64,000 bases of DNA from positions 47,312,401 through 47,376,400 of the forward strand of contig CM120641.1 in assembly GCA_051362555.1 (NCBI GenBank), given 5' to 3'. The first letter of the stretch is position 1. The number at the start of each line of letters is the position of its first letter. Below the pieces are notes generated by a model. It was not told the origin of the DNA and searched no databases. It worked only from the letters and a program-made list of their open reading frames with translations. Source of the stretch: Lingula anatina. Its lineage: Eukaryota; Animalia; Brachiopoda. The position numbers and the translations under genes are program-made. Shown in pieces: positions 1 to 14,000 of this stretch.

Positions 1-357
1 ATAAAAGTAATGGTCATATTCATGAATCTAACTGGGGAAATCCTTCTGTTAGATAATATCCACTGTAATTTCTGAGGTAAGAAGATAGTGAAGATAGTAG
101 GGGAATAGAAAATTGAAGCAAGCGCTCTTTGATGTGAAAATAAGGTAGTTAAACTTAGTACTAGCATGTCCTATGAGAAGAAAAATACAAAGATTTCTAA
201 ACTGCCGTTCTCATGCTTTATTTCATGCTTTATTTAATAAGTTAAACATTTATAGGCTCATTAGGATGAGAGTAAAGTGTTACTATGAATTCAAAAACAT
301 TCAAATTATAGATTGAAATGAAAGCTAATTTTTCATGATGTTATAATTTTTTTCAAG

Positions 358-3300
358 ACATTACAAGAGGCATTCTCGCGTTGTGTTGGTGTGCTGAGTT
401 CTTCCACCAAACCTGAGGAGCTGGCAGTGAAGGTATCAGGCTTATATTAACACAGTATTTGAAAACAGGTTTAAAATAGGTGTATGGAGGTGTTAAATGG
501 AAATAATAAAAAATTTGCTAAAAATAATTTTTAAAAATCAGTATCTTTCTAAAGTGAATTGTTTGCTTTAATAAGTGCTGTTTATTGTGAAGTACATTAT
601 ATTCAACAAAACATGGGTGAAAGTTTTCGGGATTATGTCCGATTTCAGGATTTCCAGTCTTAATTTTGATCCTTTTTTCATATGGTTTAAAGGCGATGAA
701 AAATTGCAAGCTACGTTTGCAGGATTTTCAGTTTTTACAACTTTCACCATAACAATAGATGATGGGGTAAAGGTTTCAACAAACAGATTAAAATCATCTA
801 GATAAAATGAATTGAAAGTAAATTCTAACCCTAATTATTGTCACAAGACATGATGCTGTCTACCACCTAGTATTTTAAGAGAAATATTCTGTGTTTCAGG
901 TGTGCATTCACATAGCCAGATGTTATGCAGTTGCCTCCCAGTTTGAAGGCTGCAGAGAGAAGATCCAGGAAAATCCAACTATTGTAAAAGATCTCTGCAG
1001 AATCCTCTACTTCAAGGTGATCTATACACTATCAGTTCATTAAGAATTAATGTAGAAATATAGACATCTCTGTAGTGCAGATAATTTTTTTCATCCTGCT
1101 ATTAACAAAAATTGAAATATTATAATTGTTGTTACAAAGCCGTAAATTCTTTACAGAATCTGCCATATCTGAACACAGTGGTTGTGAACTGTGTCAGTGC
1201 TTTCTGTGTGGACTTTTACCTCCAAAACCACCTGTTCAAGTCTGGATGTATGTGGCACTTGTTACTGTTCCTGTTCAATTATGACTACACTCTGGAGGAG
1301 GGCGGAGTTGAAAGGAGTGGAGAATCCAATCAACAGGTAAATATACCATCTTAGAGCTGGTTATATTTATAAACATAAAAATAAAAATGCCAATTGGTTT
1401 TTAAAATGTTGAAAAGTGATGTCACATGTATTGATAAATCATGAAGATTGAAATAGAAATTTTACAATTTTGATAATTTTTTGCTCTTTGAAAATAGTTA
1501 TGTGTATTTATGCCGTTTTGTCTCATTTAAACAATTAAGGTAACATCAAGTTGTAATAATTTACGATGATTATTTACCTATTGATAGCTGTTCAGAAACA
1601 AAACTTTTTTATTTTTATTTTTTTGTGAGTGCTGTGGAATCCCACTAAATAATCAGAACCTTTTGAAATAGTTTCAATTGATTTATTCATGCATGTTTTG
1701 TAATAAAAGTGCACAATGCTGTTTAAAGGTAACAAGAGAAAATAAGAGAAAGATTTTATGGCTAGAACTGACATGATGAATACATTTCTTACACAGAAAA
1801 CAGCTTTTTGCCCATTGGGCCTCCAGCATCACATTTACTGCTCATGATCATGTTCACAATAATCAGTTCACTCTCTATAGGAAGTGGCAAACAGCTTGGC
1901 TAAGATCAGCATTCGTGCTCTGTCTCGTCTTGGAGGCTACACCCTGGGCGACGAGAGTACACCAGAGAACCCCGTGGTCAAGAAATCCCTGGCTGCGCTA
2001 CTGACACCATACATGTCTAGGAAATTAGCCAATGATAACCCTGCCGAGGTGAGTGTGCTCGATATGGCATAAATGTCCTGTCTATCTGATAAACACAGGA
2101 TTGGAGCTCAAGAAAAAGGGTACTTTTGATTTTATATGAAGAGCATGTGTGCCAAACCTTTACAGTGAATGAATGTCAGTTTACAATTTTCTTATATAAT
2201 CATCTCTGTGTTCTACATATTTGACTGTTTTTCTCTGTAGTCTCCAGAAATCCTATCTGAGGTAAAGAGAAAGCTTTCCTTATCATATTCAGTTCGTGGA
2301 TTTTACTCTATCATTGTTTGATTACATTGTAGTACCAATTACAATATATTTCAAAACAGCATATAATTACCAAACCCTCTCTTACCCTTCACACTGTGTT
2401 AAAAACCCAACACACAGTACAGTGTCACACCTAGCACAATATCACAAGAAGCACTGTCACACCTAACACACTGTCACACCCAATGCATTATCACAGCTTA
2501 CTGTCTCCCTTTGACACACACATGGCAAAACATGCCATACATAGTCACTTATGACACTGAAGTGCATAACAATAAATTGTTATTTTTGAATAGTTCACTT
2601 TTACATGAGATTTAAATCCACTTATTAAAAGACGGAACTATACCAATATTTTACAATGATTTATACCTGAGATCAACACATGATGGTTATTGACTTGATT
2701 GTTCATCATTCTTGGATTTTAGACTTGGGATATTGAGGTATGTAGTGCTGTATCAGTGTAGCATGGTCACTTAATGTATCTTACTACTTTGGACAGTTTT
2801 GTCAGAATAACTTCAGTCAAAAGTTGGTGTTAACTTAAATACCTAAGATTTAGGCCTAATTTGCCTAAAGGATAAATTATTGATAGTTTTCTTAAATGGG
2901 GATGTTGGGCTTAGCCTTTTTTTAATGAAAAGTGAGAAATAACCCAGGGTTGCTCAAGCTTTATTGAAGTTTATCCTTTGAGGAATTTCAGTCAATAAGT
3001 TAAGACCAACTTTATTTCATTGTAAAACTTTAAGTTTGTGAACACATTGTCCTTTCTGCATGTTATATAATATGGACAAGTAGGCCTACTAATGGCATTA
3101 TTCTGTATGGTGGCCCATTTGTATGGTGGGTACAGGTTTCTCTTCTTTCCCAGGAAAATTTCAGACTTCCTTTTAGACCTAATACTAGAGCTAAAGGAAA
3201 ACTTTTCAGAATTAGTTTTTCATTAACAAGTCATGATTAAGATTTTTTTGGTCTTTGTTCTTAAGTGACTGTATTTTCTTTTGTGGCATCTATGTTTATA

Positions 3301-5018
3301 CCCCTTTCACTGTTTTTGGGTGTGGGGGAGGGGGAGACTGTTTTGCTGGAGGTTTGAAACTGGCATTTATAAGTTTTATGAAAGCAAAACAATTGTTTAA
3401 TCATGTCTGTGCATCATATAAGTAGCATGTTTGTGTGGATGCATGATATTGGAATCACTTTTACTTATTATATTTTCCCCTCCTGTTGATAATAGTATAG
3501 ATTATAATTTATAAATGTTTTTGTAAAAATGTAGACTAAGATCCTTAGAAAGTGAAACATACAAGTGACTCAATTGGTGGGTTTAATTTGTAAATCTCCG
3601 TTGTCTGTGGTGGTAGATTTATTTTCCATCTTTGATTTCAGCACCATTTTAACACTATTCTTGTGATGAATGTCATTAACATGTGCACTCTTTGAATGTG
3701 ACTTTGATCCATTTGTTTCCAACTGTTTCATGAAATGTTTAACTCTCTGTTGACTTTACAATATTTTTTTTGAGGTCATTCGGTTTGTGATGATTAAAGA
3801 TTAAAGATTGTTTGACTTTCAACACTTAAGATCTTGAGTACTTACTTGAACTAGTGGAATATAGTGTACTTTTATTGGTTCAGCCTTTAAAAAATGGTAC
3901 ATTCTTCACAACTTGTTTTAAACTTTAGAAGTAAATGTATATTTTGTTTGGTTTCCAGGTATTGAAGATCCTGAACAGTAACACAGAGAACCCGTATCTT
4001 ATCTGGGACAACGCCACCAGAGCAGAACTCAACGAGTTTGTCAGTGATCAACAGCAGTTAGTGATAAGACATGTGAGTTCAGAGATATGGGTCTGGCTTC
4101 ACAAATAGTTTGTGTCCTTTTACAATGGAACATGTACTAGGTAGTTCTAACTAATTCTGCAGGGATTTTTGCTGAATGCAATCAGGTTAAAAGATAAACA
4201 TGACTCCTCCTGGCATTGAGTAGAATATAGAAAAGTGGCTTCTGGCAATGTTGACAATAAAATCTTTGTCAGACAAGCCTAATTTCCTCAAGAGGCTCAT
4301 TTAACAAGCCCTTGGGTGCATGTCCAGTGTTTACAGAAGCAGAAGAAAGTTAAGTCATAAATTAATTGCACCCAAAGACATCAAATTATCTTTCTCCGAA
4401 GGTAATTATTTCAATACTGAAATAAAAATAGGCAAACTTTTCACCATTTCCAGGGTGATTGTGACCCAGATTTTGGCTCCACATTTGTCTACACCATCCA
4501 CAGCAAGGAGTTGATAGTAGGAGAGATCTTTGTCAGGGTATACAACGAACAGCCAACATTTCCTCTGGAAAAACCTAAGACTTTCACCATTGACCTGCTG
4601 GACTTCCTAGGATCACAGGCTCAGGTAATTCTCAAAATTTTCAATTATTTGTAGATTAAAAATTGAAATGAAAAATCACCTCTTATTTTAACAAATTTAG
4701 CCATTGTGCCAAAAATAGAAAAAAAGAAAAACTTTTGTATCTTTATCTCTCTGTATTATTTATGATACATACCATGTGTCCCTCTAAATGAGGTACACAC
4801 CAACACACACAAAGACTGAAACATTTCATCTTTGATGCATTAAAATTTCACAAATGATAATAATTAGTCTATTTCTCCCCAGTATTTACATTCCCTGATG
4901 TCCCTGCAGCAGGCTGAAATCTGTGCCAACAAACAAGGTGAGAGATTGAAACAGGTGGAGCAGGCCCTGGAAGCACTGAGGAATGTCATCAAAAATAACC
5001 CAGGTAAATGTTGTAGTG

Positions 5019-5057
<39 letters not shown>

Positions 5058-8000
5058 TTGATGGATGGAGAGACACAGATAAATAAGTAAATGTCAGTAA
5101 TATGAATAATAATGGTTATCACACTTAAAGTGGTGATCTCCTTTGATAAATGTTATATTTTCTAAAGATATAATCCATTAACTTTCAAGCAGTTTGACTG
5201 GTGAAGGTGTCTGGAAGTTTTTTCAATCTCTCACTCTGATTCCAGGTGTAGAAATTCAGTGCATAGGTCACTTCAAGCTGCTGTTTGCTCTCCTCAGACT
5301 TCACGGCTGCAGTACAGTACAACAGTTTGCTTTAGAGGTAGGTATAACTAGCTGTTTGCTCTCCTTAGACTTCACGGCTGCAGTACAGTACAACAGTTTG
5401 CTTTAGAGGTAGGTATAACTAGCTGTTTGTTCTCCTCAGACTTCACGGCTGTGGTACAGTACAACAGTTTGCTTTAGAGGTAGGTATAACTAGCTGTTTG
5501 CTCTCCTCAGACTTCATGGCTGTGGTACAGTACAACAGTTTGCTTTAGAGGTAGGTATAACTAGCTGTTTGCTCTCCTCAGACTTCATGGCTGTGGTACA
5601 GTACAACAGTTTGCTTTAGAGGTAGGTATAACTAGCTGTTTGCACTCCTCAGACTTCATGGCTGTGGTACAGTACAACAGTTTGCTTTAGAGGTAGGTAT
5701 AACTAGCTGTTTGCACTCCTCAGACTTCACGGCTGTGGTACAGTACAACAGTTTGCTTTAGAGGTAGGTATAACTAGCTGTTTGCTCTCCTCAGACTTCA
5801 TGGCTGTGGTACAGTACAACAGTTTGCTTTAGAGGTAGGTATAACTAGCTGTTTGCTCTCCTCAGACTTCATGGCTGTGGTACAGTACAACAGTTTGCTT
5901 TAGAGGTAGGTATAACTAGCTGTTTGCTCTCCTCAGACTTCATGGCTGTGGTACAGTACAACAGTTTGCTTTAGAGGTAGGTATAACTAGCTGTTTGTTC
6001 TCCTCAGATTTCACGGCTGTGGTACAGTACAACAGTTTGCTTTAGAGGTAGGTATAACTAGCTGTTTGCTCTCCTCAGACTTCATGGCTGTGGTACAGTA
6101 CAACAGTTTGCTCTAGAGGTAGGTATAACTAGCTGTTTGCTCTCCTTAGACTTCATGGCTGTGGTACAGTACAACAGTTTGCTTTAGAGGTAGGTATAAC
6201 TAGCTGTTTGCTCTCCTTAGACTTCATGGCTGTGGTACAGTACAACAGTTTGCTTTAGAGGTAGGTATAACTAGCTGTTTGCTCTCCTTAGACTTCATGG
6301 CTGTGGTACAGTACAACAGTTTGCTTTAGAGGTAGGTATAACTAGCTGTTTGCTCTCCTTAGACTTCATGGCTGTGGTACAGTACAACAGTTTGCTTTAG
6401 AGGTAGGTATAACTAGCTGTTTGCTCTCCTCAGACTTCATGGCTGTGGTACAGTACAACAGTTTGCTTTAGAGGTAGGTATAACTAGCTGTTTGCTCTCC
6501 TTAGGCTTCATGGCTGTGGTACAGTACAACAGTTTGCTTTAGAGGTAGGTATAACTAGCTGTTTGCACTCCTCAGACTTCATGGCTGTGGTACAGTACAA
6601 CAGTTTGCTTTAGAGGTAGGTATAACTAGCTGTTTGTTCTCCTCAGACTTCACGGCTGTGGTACAGTACAACAGTTTGCTTTAGAGGTAGGTATAACTAG
6701 CTGTTTGCTCTCCTCAGACTTCACGGCTGTGGTACAGTACAACAGTTTGCTTTAGAGGTAGGTATAACTAGCTGTTTGCTCTCCTCAGACTTCATGGCTG
6801 TGGTACAGTACAACAGTTTGCTTTAGAGGTAGGTATAACTAGCTGTTTGCTCTCCTCAGACTTCATGGCTGTGGTACAGTACAACAGTTTGCTTTAGAGG
6901 TAGGTATAACTAGCTGTTTGTTCTCCTCAGACTTCACGGCTGTGGTACAGTACAACAGTTTGCTTTAGAGGTAGGTATAACTAGCTGTTTGCTCTCCTCA
7001 GACTTCATGGCTGTGGTACAGTACAACAGTTTGCTCTAGAGGTAGGTATAACTAGCTGTTTGCTCTCCTTAGACTTCATGGCTGTGGTACAGTACAACAG
7101 TTTGCTTTAGAGGTAGGTATAACTAGCTGTTTGCTCTCCTTAGACTTCATGGCTGTGGTACAGTACAACAGTTTGCTTTAGAGGTAGGTATAACTAGCTG
7201 TTTGCTCTCCTTAGACTTCATGGCTGTGGTACAGTACAACAGTTTGCTTTAGAGGTAGGTATAACTAGCTGTTTGCTCTCCTTAGACTTCATGGCTGTGG
7301 TACAGTACAACAGTTTGCTTTAGAGGTAGGTATAACTAGCTGTTTGCTCTCCTCAGGCTTCATGGCTGTGGTACAGTACAACAGTTTGCTTTAGAGGTAG
7401 GTATAACTAGCTGTTTGCTCTCCTTAGGCTTCATGGCTGTGGTACAGTACAACAGTTTGCTTTAGAGGTAGGTATAACTAGCTGTTTGCTCTCCTCAGAC
7501 TTCATGGCTGTGGTACAGTACAACAGTTTGCTTTAGAGGTAGGTATAACTAGCTGTTTGCACTCCTCAGACTTCACGGCTGTGGTACAGTACAACAGTTT
7601 GCTTTAGAGGTAGGTATAACTAGCTGTTTGCACTCCTCAGACTTCACGGCTGTGGTACAGTACAACAGTTTGCTTTAGAGGTAGGTATAACTAGCTGTTT
7701 GCTCTCCTCAGACTTCATGGCTGTGGTACAGTACAACAGTTTGCTTTAGAGGTAGGTATAACTAGCTGTTTGCTCTCCTCAGACTTCATGGCTGTGGTAC
7801 AGTACAACAGTTTGCTTTAGAGGTAGGTATAACTAGCTGTTTGCTCTCCTCAGACTTCATGGCTGTGGTACAGTACAACAGTTTGCTTTAGAGGTAGGTA
7901 TAACTAGCTGTTTGTTCTCCTCAGATTTCACGGCTGTGGTACAGTACAACAGTTTGCTTTAGAGGTAGGTATAACTAGCTGTTTGCTCTCCTCAGACTTC

Positions 8001-11000
8001 ATGGCTGTGGTACAGTACAACAGTTTGCTCTAGAGGTAGGTATAACTAGCTGTTTGCTCTCCTTAGACTTCATGGCTGTGGTACAGTACAACAGTTTGCT
8101 TTAGAGGTAGGTATAACTAGCTGTTTGCTCTCCTTAGACTTCATGGCTGTGGTACAGTACAACAGTTTGCTTTAGAGGTAGGTATAACTAGCTGTTTGCT
8201 CTCCTTAGACTTCATGGCTGTGGTACAGTACAACAGTTTGCTTTAGAGGTAGGTATAACTAGCTGTTTGCTCTCCTCAGACTTCATGGCTGTGGTACAGT
8301 ACAACAGTTTGCTTTAGAGGTAGGTATAACTAGCTGTTTGCTCTCCTTAGGCTTCATGGCTGTGGTACAGTACAACAGTTTGCTTTAGAGGTAGGTATAA
8401 CTAGCTGTTTGCACTCCTCAGACTTCATGGCTGTGGTACAGTACAACAGTTTGCTTTAGAGGTAGGTATAACTAGCTGTTTGTTCTCCTCAGACTTCACG
8501 GCTGTGGTACAGTACAACAGTTTGCTTTAGAGGTAGGTATAACTAGCTGTTTGCTCTCCTCAGACTTCACGGCTGTGGTACAGTACAACAGTTTGCTTTA
8601 GAGGTAGGTATAACTAGCTGTTTGCTCTCCTCAGACTTCATGGCTGTGGTACAGTACAACAGTTTGCTTTAGAGGTAGGTATAACTAGCTGTTTGCTCTC
8701 CTCAGACTTCATGGCTGTGGTACAGTACAACAGTTTGCTTTAGAGGTAGGTATAACTAGCTGTTTGTTCTCCTCAGACTTCACGGCTGTGGTACAGTACA
8801 ACAGTTTGCTTTAGAGGTAGGTATAACTAGCTGTTTGCTCTCCTCAGACTTCATGGCTGTGGTACAGTACAACAGTTTGCTCTAGAGGTAGGTATAACTA
8901 GCTGTTTGCTCTCCTTAGACTTCATGGCTGTGGTACAGTACAACAGTTTGCTTTAGAGGTAGGTATAACTAGCTGTTTGCTCTCCTTAGACTTCATGGCT
9001 GTGGTACAGTACAACAGTTTGCTTTAGAGGTAGGTATAACTAGCTGTTTGCTCTCCTTAGACTTCATGGCTGTGGTACAGTACAACAGTTTGCTTTAGAG
9101 GTAGGTATAACTAGCTGTTTGCTCTCCTTAGACTTCATGGCTGTGGTACAGTACAACAGTTTGCTTTAGAGGTAGGTATAACTAGCTGTTTGCTCTCCTC
9201 AGACTTCATGGCTGTGGTACAGTACAACAGTTTGCTTTAGAGGTAGGTATAACTAGCTGTTTGCTCTCCTTAGGCTTCATGGCTGTGGTACAGTACAACA
9301 GTTTGCTTTAGAGGTAGGTATAACTAGCTGTTTGCACTCCTCAGACTTCATGGCTGTGGTACAGTACAACAGTTTGCTTTAGAGGTAGGTATAACTAGCT
9401 GTTTGCTCTCCTTAGACTTCATGGCTGTGGTACAGTACAACAGTTTGCTTTAGAGGTAGGTATAACTAGCTGTTTGCTCTCCTCAGACTTCATGGCTGTG
9501 GTACAGTACAACAGTTTGCTTTAGAGGTAGGTATAACTAGCTGTTTGCTCTCCTTAGGCTTCATGGCTGTGGTACAGTACAACAGTTTGCTTTAGAGGTA
9601 GGTATAACTAGCTGTTTGCTCTCCTCAGACTTCATGGCTGTGGTACAGTACAACAGTTTGCTTTAGAGGTAGGTATAACTAGCTGTTTGCTCTCCTCAGA
9701 CTTCACGGCTGTGGTACAGTACAACAGTTTGCTCTAGAGGTAGGTATAACTAGCTGTTTGCTCTCCTCAGACTTCATGGCTGTGGTACAGTACAACAGTT
9801 TGCTTTAGAGGTAGGTATAACTAGCTGTTTGCTCTCCTCAGACTTCATGGCTGTGGTACAGTACAACAGTTTGCTTTAGAGGTAGGTATAACTAGCTGTT
9901 TGTTCTCCTTAGACTTCATGGCTGTGGTACAGTACAACAGTTTGCTTTAGAGGTAGGTATAACTAGCTGTTTGTTCTCCTTAGACTTCATGGCTGTGGTA
10001 CAGTACAACAGTTTGCTTTAGAGGTAGGTATAACTAGCTGTTTGTTCTCCTTAGACTTCATGGCTGTGGTACAGTACAACAGTTTGCTTTAGAGGTAGGT
10101 ATAACTAGCTGTTTGTTCTCCTTAGACTTCATGGCTGTGGTACAGTACAACAGTTTGCTTTAGAGGTAGGTATAACTAGCTGTTTGTTCTCCTTAGACTT
10201 CATGGCTGTGGTACAGTACAACAGTTTGCTTTAGAGGTAGGTATAACTAGCTGTTTGTTCTCCTTAGACTTCATGGCTGTGGTACAGTACAACAGTTTGC
10301 TTTAGAGGTAGGTATAACTAGCTGTTTGTTCTCCTTAGACTTCATGGCTGTGGTACAGTACAACAGTTTGCTTTAGAGGTAGGTATAACTAGCTGTTTGC
10401 TCTCCTTAGGCTTCATGGCTGTGGTACAGTACAACAGTTTGCTTTAGAGGTAGGTATAACTAGCTATAGGACACATATCTTTATCTATTCTACGTATTTC
10501 CATTTTTTAAAGTGATTATCTGACAACAATGTCAGATGATCTCCAATCAAAAAAATGGTATTGCTGGCTTAGTGGGAATATCTTTGAAGTAGCAGTTAAA
10601 GCAGTTTCACAACCAGCACATTACTTATATAGCAGTTCCCTGGCACATTTTAAATTCTTGGTGGTATTTCCTCAACACAACCTCTCAGATTTGTATAATT
10701 TTTACTATCTGTTCTCAAGAATAATGATGCTAGATTGATGCATCGTTGGTTTAATCTGTATAATATGTAATATTATTTTATATAGGTGCTGAACAGTGTG
10801 ACCACCAACAAAGAATGTGTCAATGACATATCTGCCTCAGAGGTCCTAGCATATTTACTTATAGTGATACAGACATTGCCAAAGTGTAAGTATAGAAGTT
10901 AACAATCTTCATTCATAGTGCTACAGATATACAGGCAGTTCCAGAATGTTGATGCTATCAGTATTTGATTTCAATGGCACTTTAAAATGACAACGACAAA

Positions 11001-14000
11001 TAAAATGGCTTACAATATCAAGCTTCTTTCCCACTTGACACACTGAGTTATATTTTCATATAATGGTACAATAAGGTAAATTATAATTTGAATATGTGAA
11101 TAGTTAATATCCATCTTATTAATGTCGGCATTTACCATATATTTTCTATTCCTTCCTTTAGGCCATACATTGATTTTAGAGACACTGTATGCATTGATGT
11201 CAAATACACAGATTGTAAAGGAGGCTATGCAAAAGGGTAAGTTATGCAATTAATTATTTCCCAGAATATTGTAAATATTGTCTAACCATGCTGATTATGT
11301 AGATAATACTTCAATCTGCCATTGTCTTTTTGTTGCATGCATATAATGGACCTGCACATACATGAACAGATCCAAATACACATACACACACCCACACACA
11401 CTCAGTTTGAAATCAAAGTGTGTATTTTGATTCACCCAGTAGATGTGACAATCAATAAAGAATGAAGTCTCAAACAGGACACTTATGAGATCTAGTCTCC
11501 ATTCTTTGACTGAGGGTGCATTCACAATGAAAATATAGTACTGGATGGTTCAAACTAACTCCATGGGGACTCTTGCTGAGTGCAGTCAGTTAAACAGACT
11601 AGGAGGTGTTATTTCCAACTTATTTACACAATCACCAGCTTGCCTGTATTGTACTTAACACCAGGAGGAGGCATGTAAATCTTGTCATCTGATTGCATTC
11701 AGCGAGAGCCTGGTGGAGTTAGTTCAAACTACATAGTATACCTCATTGTCACACCCACTATCTGCTATATTTTCAGGAGCTCTGATTTATTTACTGGACC
11801 TGTTCTGTAACAGCACCAACCCCGCAGTGCGGGAGCAGACGGCTGAGTTGTTTGGGAAGATGCTGGCAGACAAGCTGGTGGGACCCAAGGTACGCATCAT
11901 CCTCGCCAAGTTCCTCCCCAGTATCTTCATGGATGCCATGAGAGACTCTGCTGAGGCCAGTGTGCACATGTTTGAAGGTGAGAATTAATCAGCATATGCT
12001 CAGTACTGAAAACTTGTCTATTTAAAACAAAGAATGATTGAACAATTAAAAATTTGTAGAACATAAATATTGGACAGTCGTGTCTTTTTCTCATGTATAT
12101 CATTATACCATGTATTCTAAGTGTAAGTCTACATAACATTTTGATGGATTTTAATCTTAAAATAAAATTATTATTATAATTAAATACTGGATTTTTTTAT
12201 GCTTTGATCTGTGGTGAAAATATTTTTTTTAAACAATGTTTATATTCCATTGTTGAAGTTCTTATGAGAGTTTTTGAATCTTCATTGTTTGAATTTACCA
12301 GGAACACATGAGAACCCAGAGCTGATCTGGAATGATGACGCCAGAGACAGAGTGTGCAGGACAGTGAAGGAGATGAAGAAAGAGTGAGGGATCTCACTGA
12401 CCTGTTTATTTATTTATTTATTTATTTATTGTTTTAAATTCACAATACACAAGAAAACCAAGTTATAATAAATAATAGATACACAATGGCACAGTGTAAT
12501 TCACTGTAATTAAGGGTTACAAATAGCAGCATACAAATTTTAGTTTCCTTGCCATTAGTATTATGGAATTTCAATAGCAATACAAGTGTTGAAACTTTTG
12601 CTTATTTTAATGGAATATTTATGGAAACAGACATTTATTAATTCTAATTTCTGATATTCATCTAAATAGTAAATGCCATAATGTACATCGTTTCGATTTC
12701 CATTCTCCTCCAGATTTTACAGTGAGCAAAAAGACAACCCCACAGCCAAATGGAAGCTACCCCAGGAGTTTGATGTGACAGGGTCTGATGTAGAGGGAGA
12801 GGTGGTGGTGGCAGGAGTGTATCTGAGGCTGTTTGTCGCCAACCCGGCCTGGGTGCTCAGAAAACCTAAAGAATTCCTCACAGAGTTGTTGGAGAAGTGG
12901 GGGCAGTTGTGTGGATCACAGTCTCCTAATGTAAGTTATAGTATGGACACTGAAGTGATACTCCCTCCATAAAGATTTCACATTATGATCTGACCTTCCG
13001 TGTCTTGTGGCCAGGCACCATTGTTCTAAACATTGCAGATTCTTTTCTTCAATTATGTACTGAAAAAAAAAAATACAACATTTTATTGTAAATAGAACTT
13101 AGTCATGAATGTCTCTTACAAATTTTCTCAATTTGATACAATTTTTGTTACAATTTCGTACAAGATTTCCCCATTTTATTTCCAGGGAGACATGTTGGAG
13201 ATGGTGACGTCTGCCCTGGTGTTGTTCTGCCAGGCTCAGACGGCCATGGTGGACCAGGTGCCACAGCTAGGACACATCCCCAAGATATTCCAGTACATGA
13301 GTTCCAAGAACACAGCCATTCCCTTCTCTGCTGTACAAATAGTACGACAGCTGGCAGAGAGTGATGTAAGGACAAGATGTTGTTTCCAAAAACAAAAAGA
13401 ACATTTATTTACATTATGTATACTTTCAAAAGAGTTGTCTTATATTTTCTCATTAACTTTTGTCTGTTGGATACCGCTTTCCAATTTGTTTAATGGTTTG
13501 AACTGAACTTTCATTGCCAACATAGAAATTCATAAGTCAGAATTGTTTATAAAGTTCTGTTTCTTTATTGCCAGATCTGTATACGTGCCATGGCCCAGGT
13601 GGAGTGTATAGGACCAATGAAGATTGCTATGAAGATCAGGAAGGATGCAGTGGGCACAGCATGTGAGGCCCTCAACAAGATGTTCTCATTAGGGGAGGAC
13701 GAGCTTGTCCAGCAGGCTCTCAAAACAGAGATGGTGCAATTTTTACTCAGATTTTTAGAGACTGGACTTGAAAATGCAGAGAACCCAGCAGCCATTAAAG
13801 CTCAGATTGTGAAAGCACTGAAAGCCATGCAGAATAGTTTGGCCCATGGAGAAGCAGTAAGTTGGAACAGATGAACATGTTTATGAAATATATTATTGTT
13901 ACAGTATATTATTGTAACATCTACTCACATCAGTCTGTTGGAAGTTGTGTTTGTTAATTATCCAACTACCAAGCTGGTAGTTGTCATTGACTTAGTATTA

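Noticed and set aside
2390-2560. CACAC/TGTCACAC-rich degenerate repeat
   Set aside because: Decayed simple repeat with no consistent period or sign of function.
5281-10463. CRISPR-like appearance of the regular array
   Set aside because: No unique spacers, no cas genes, eukaryotic intron; the unit derives from the adjacent exon.
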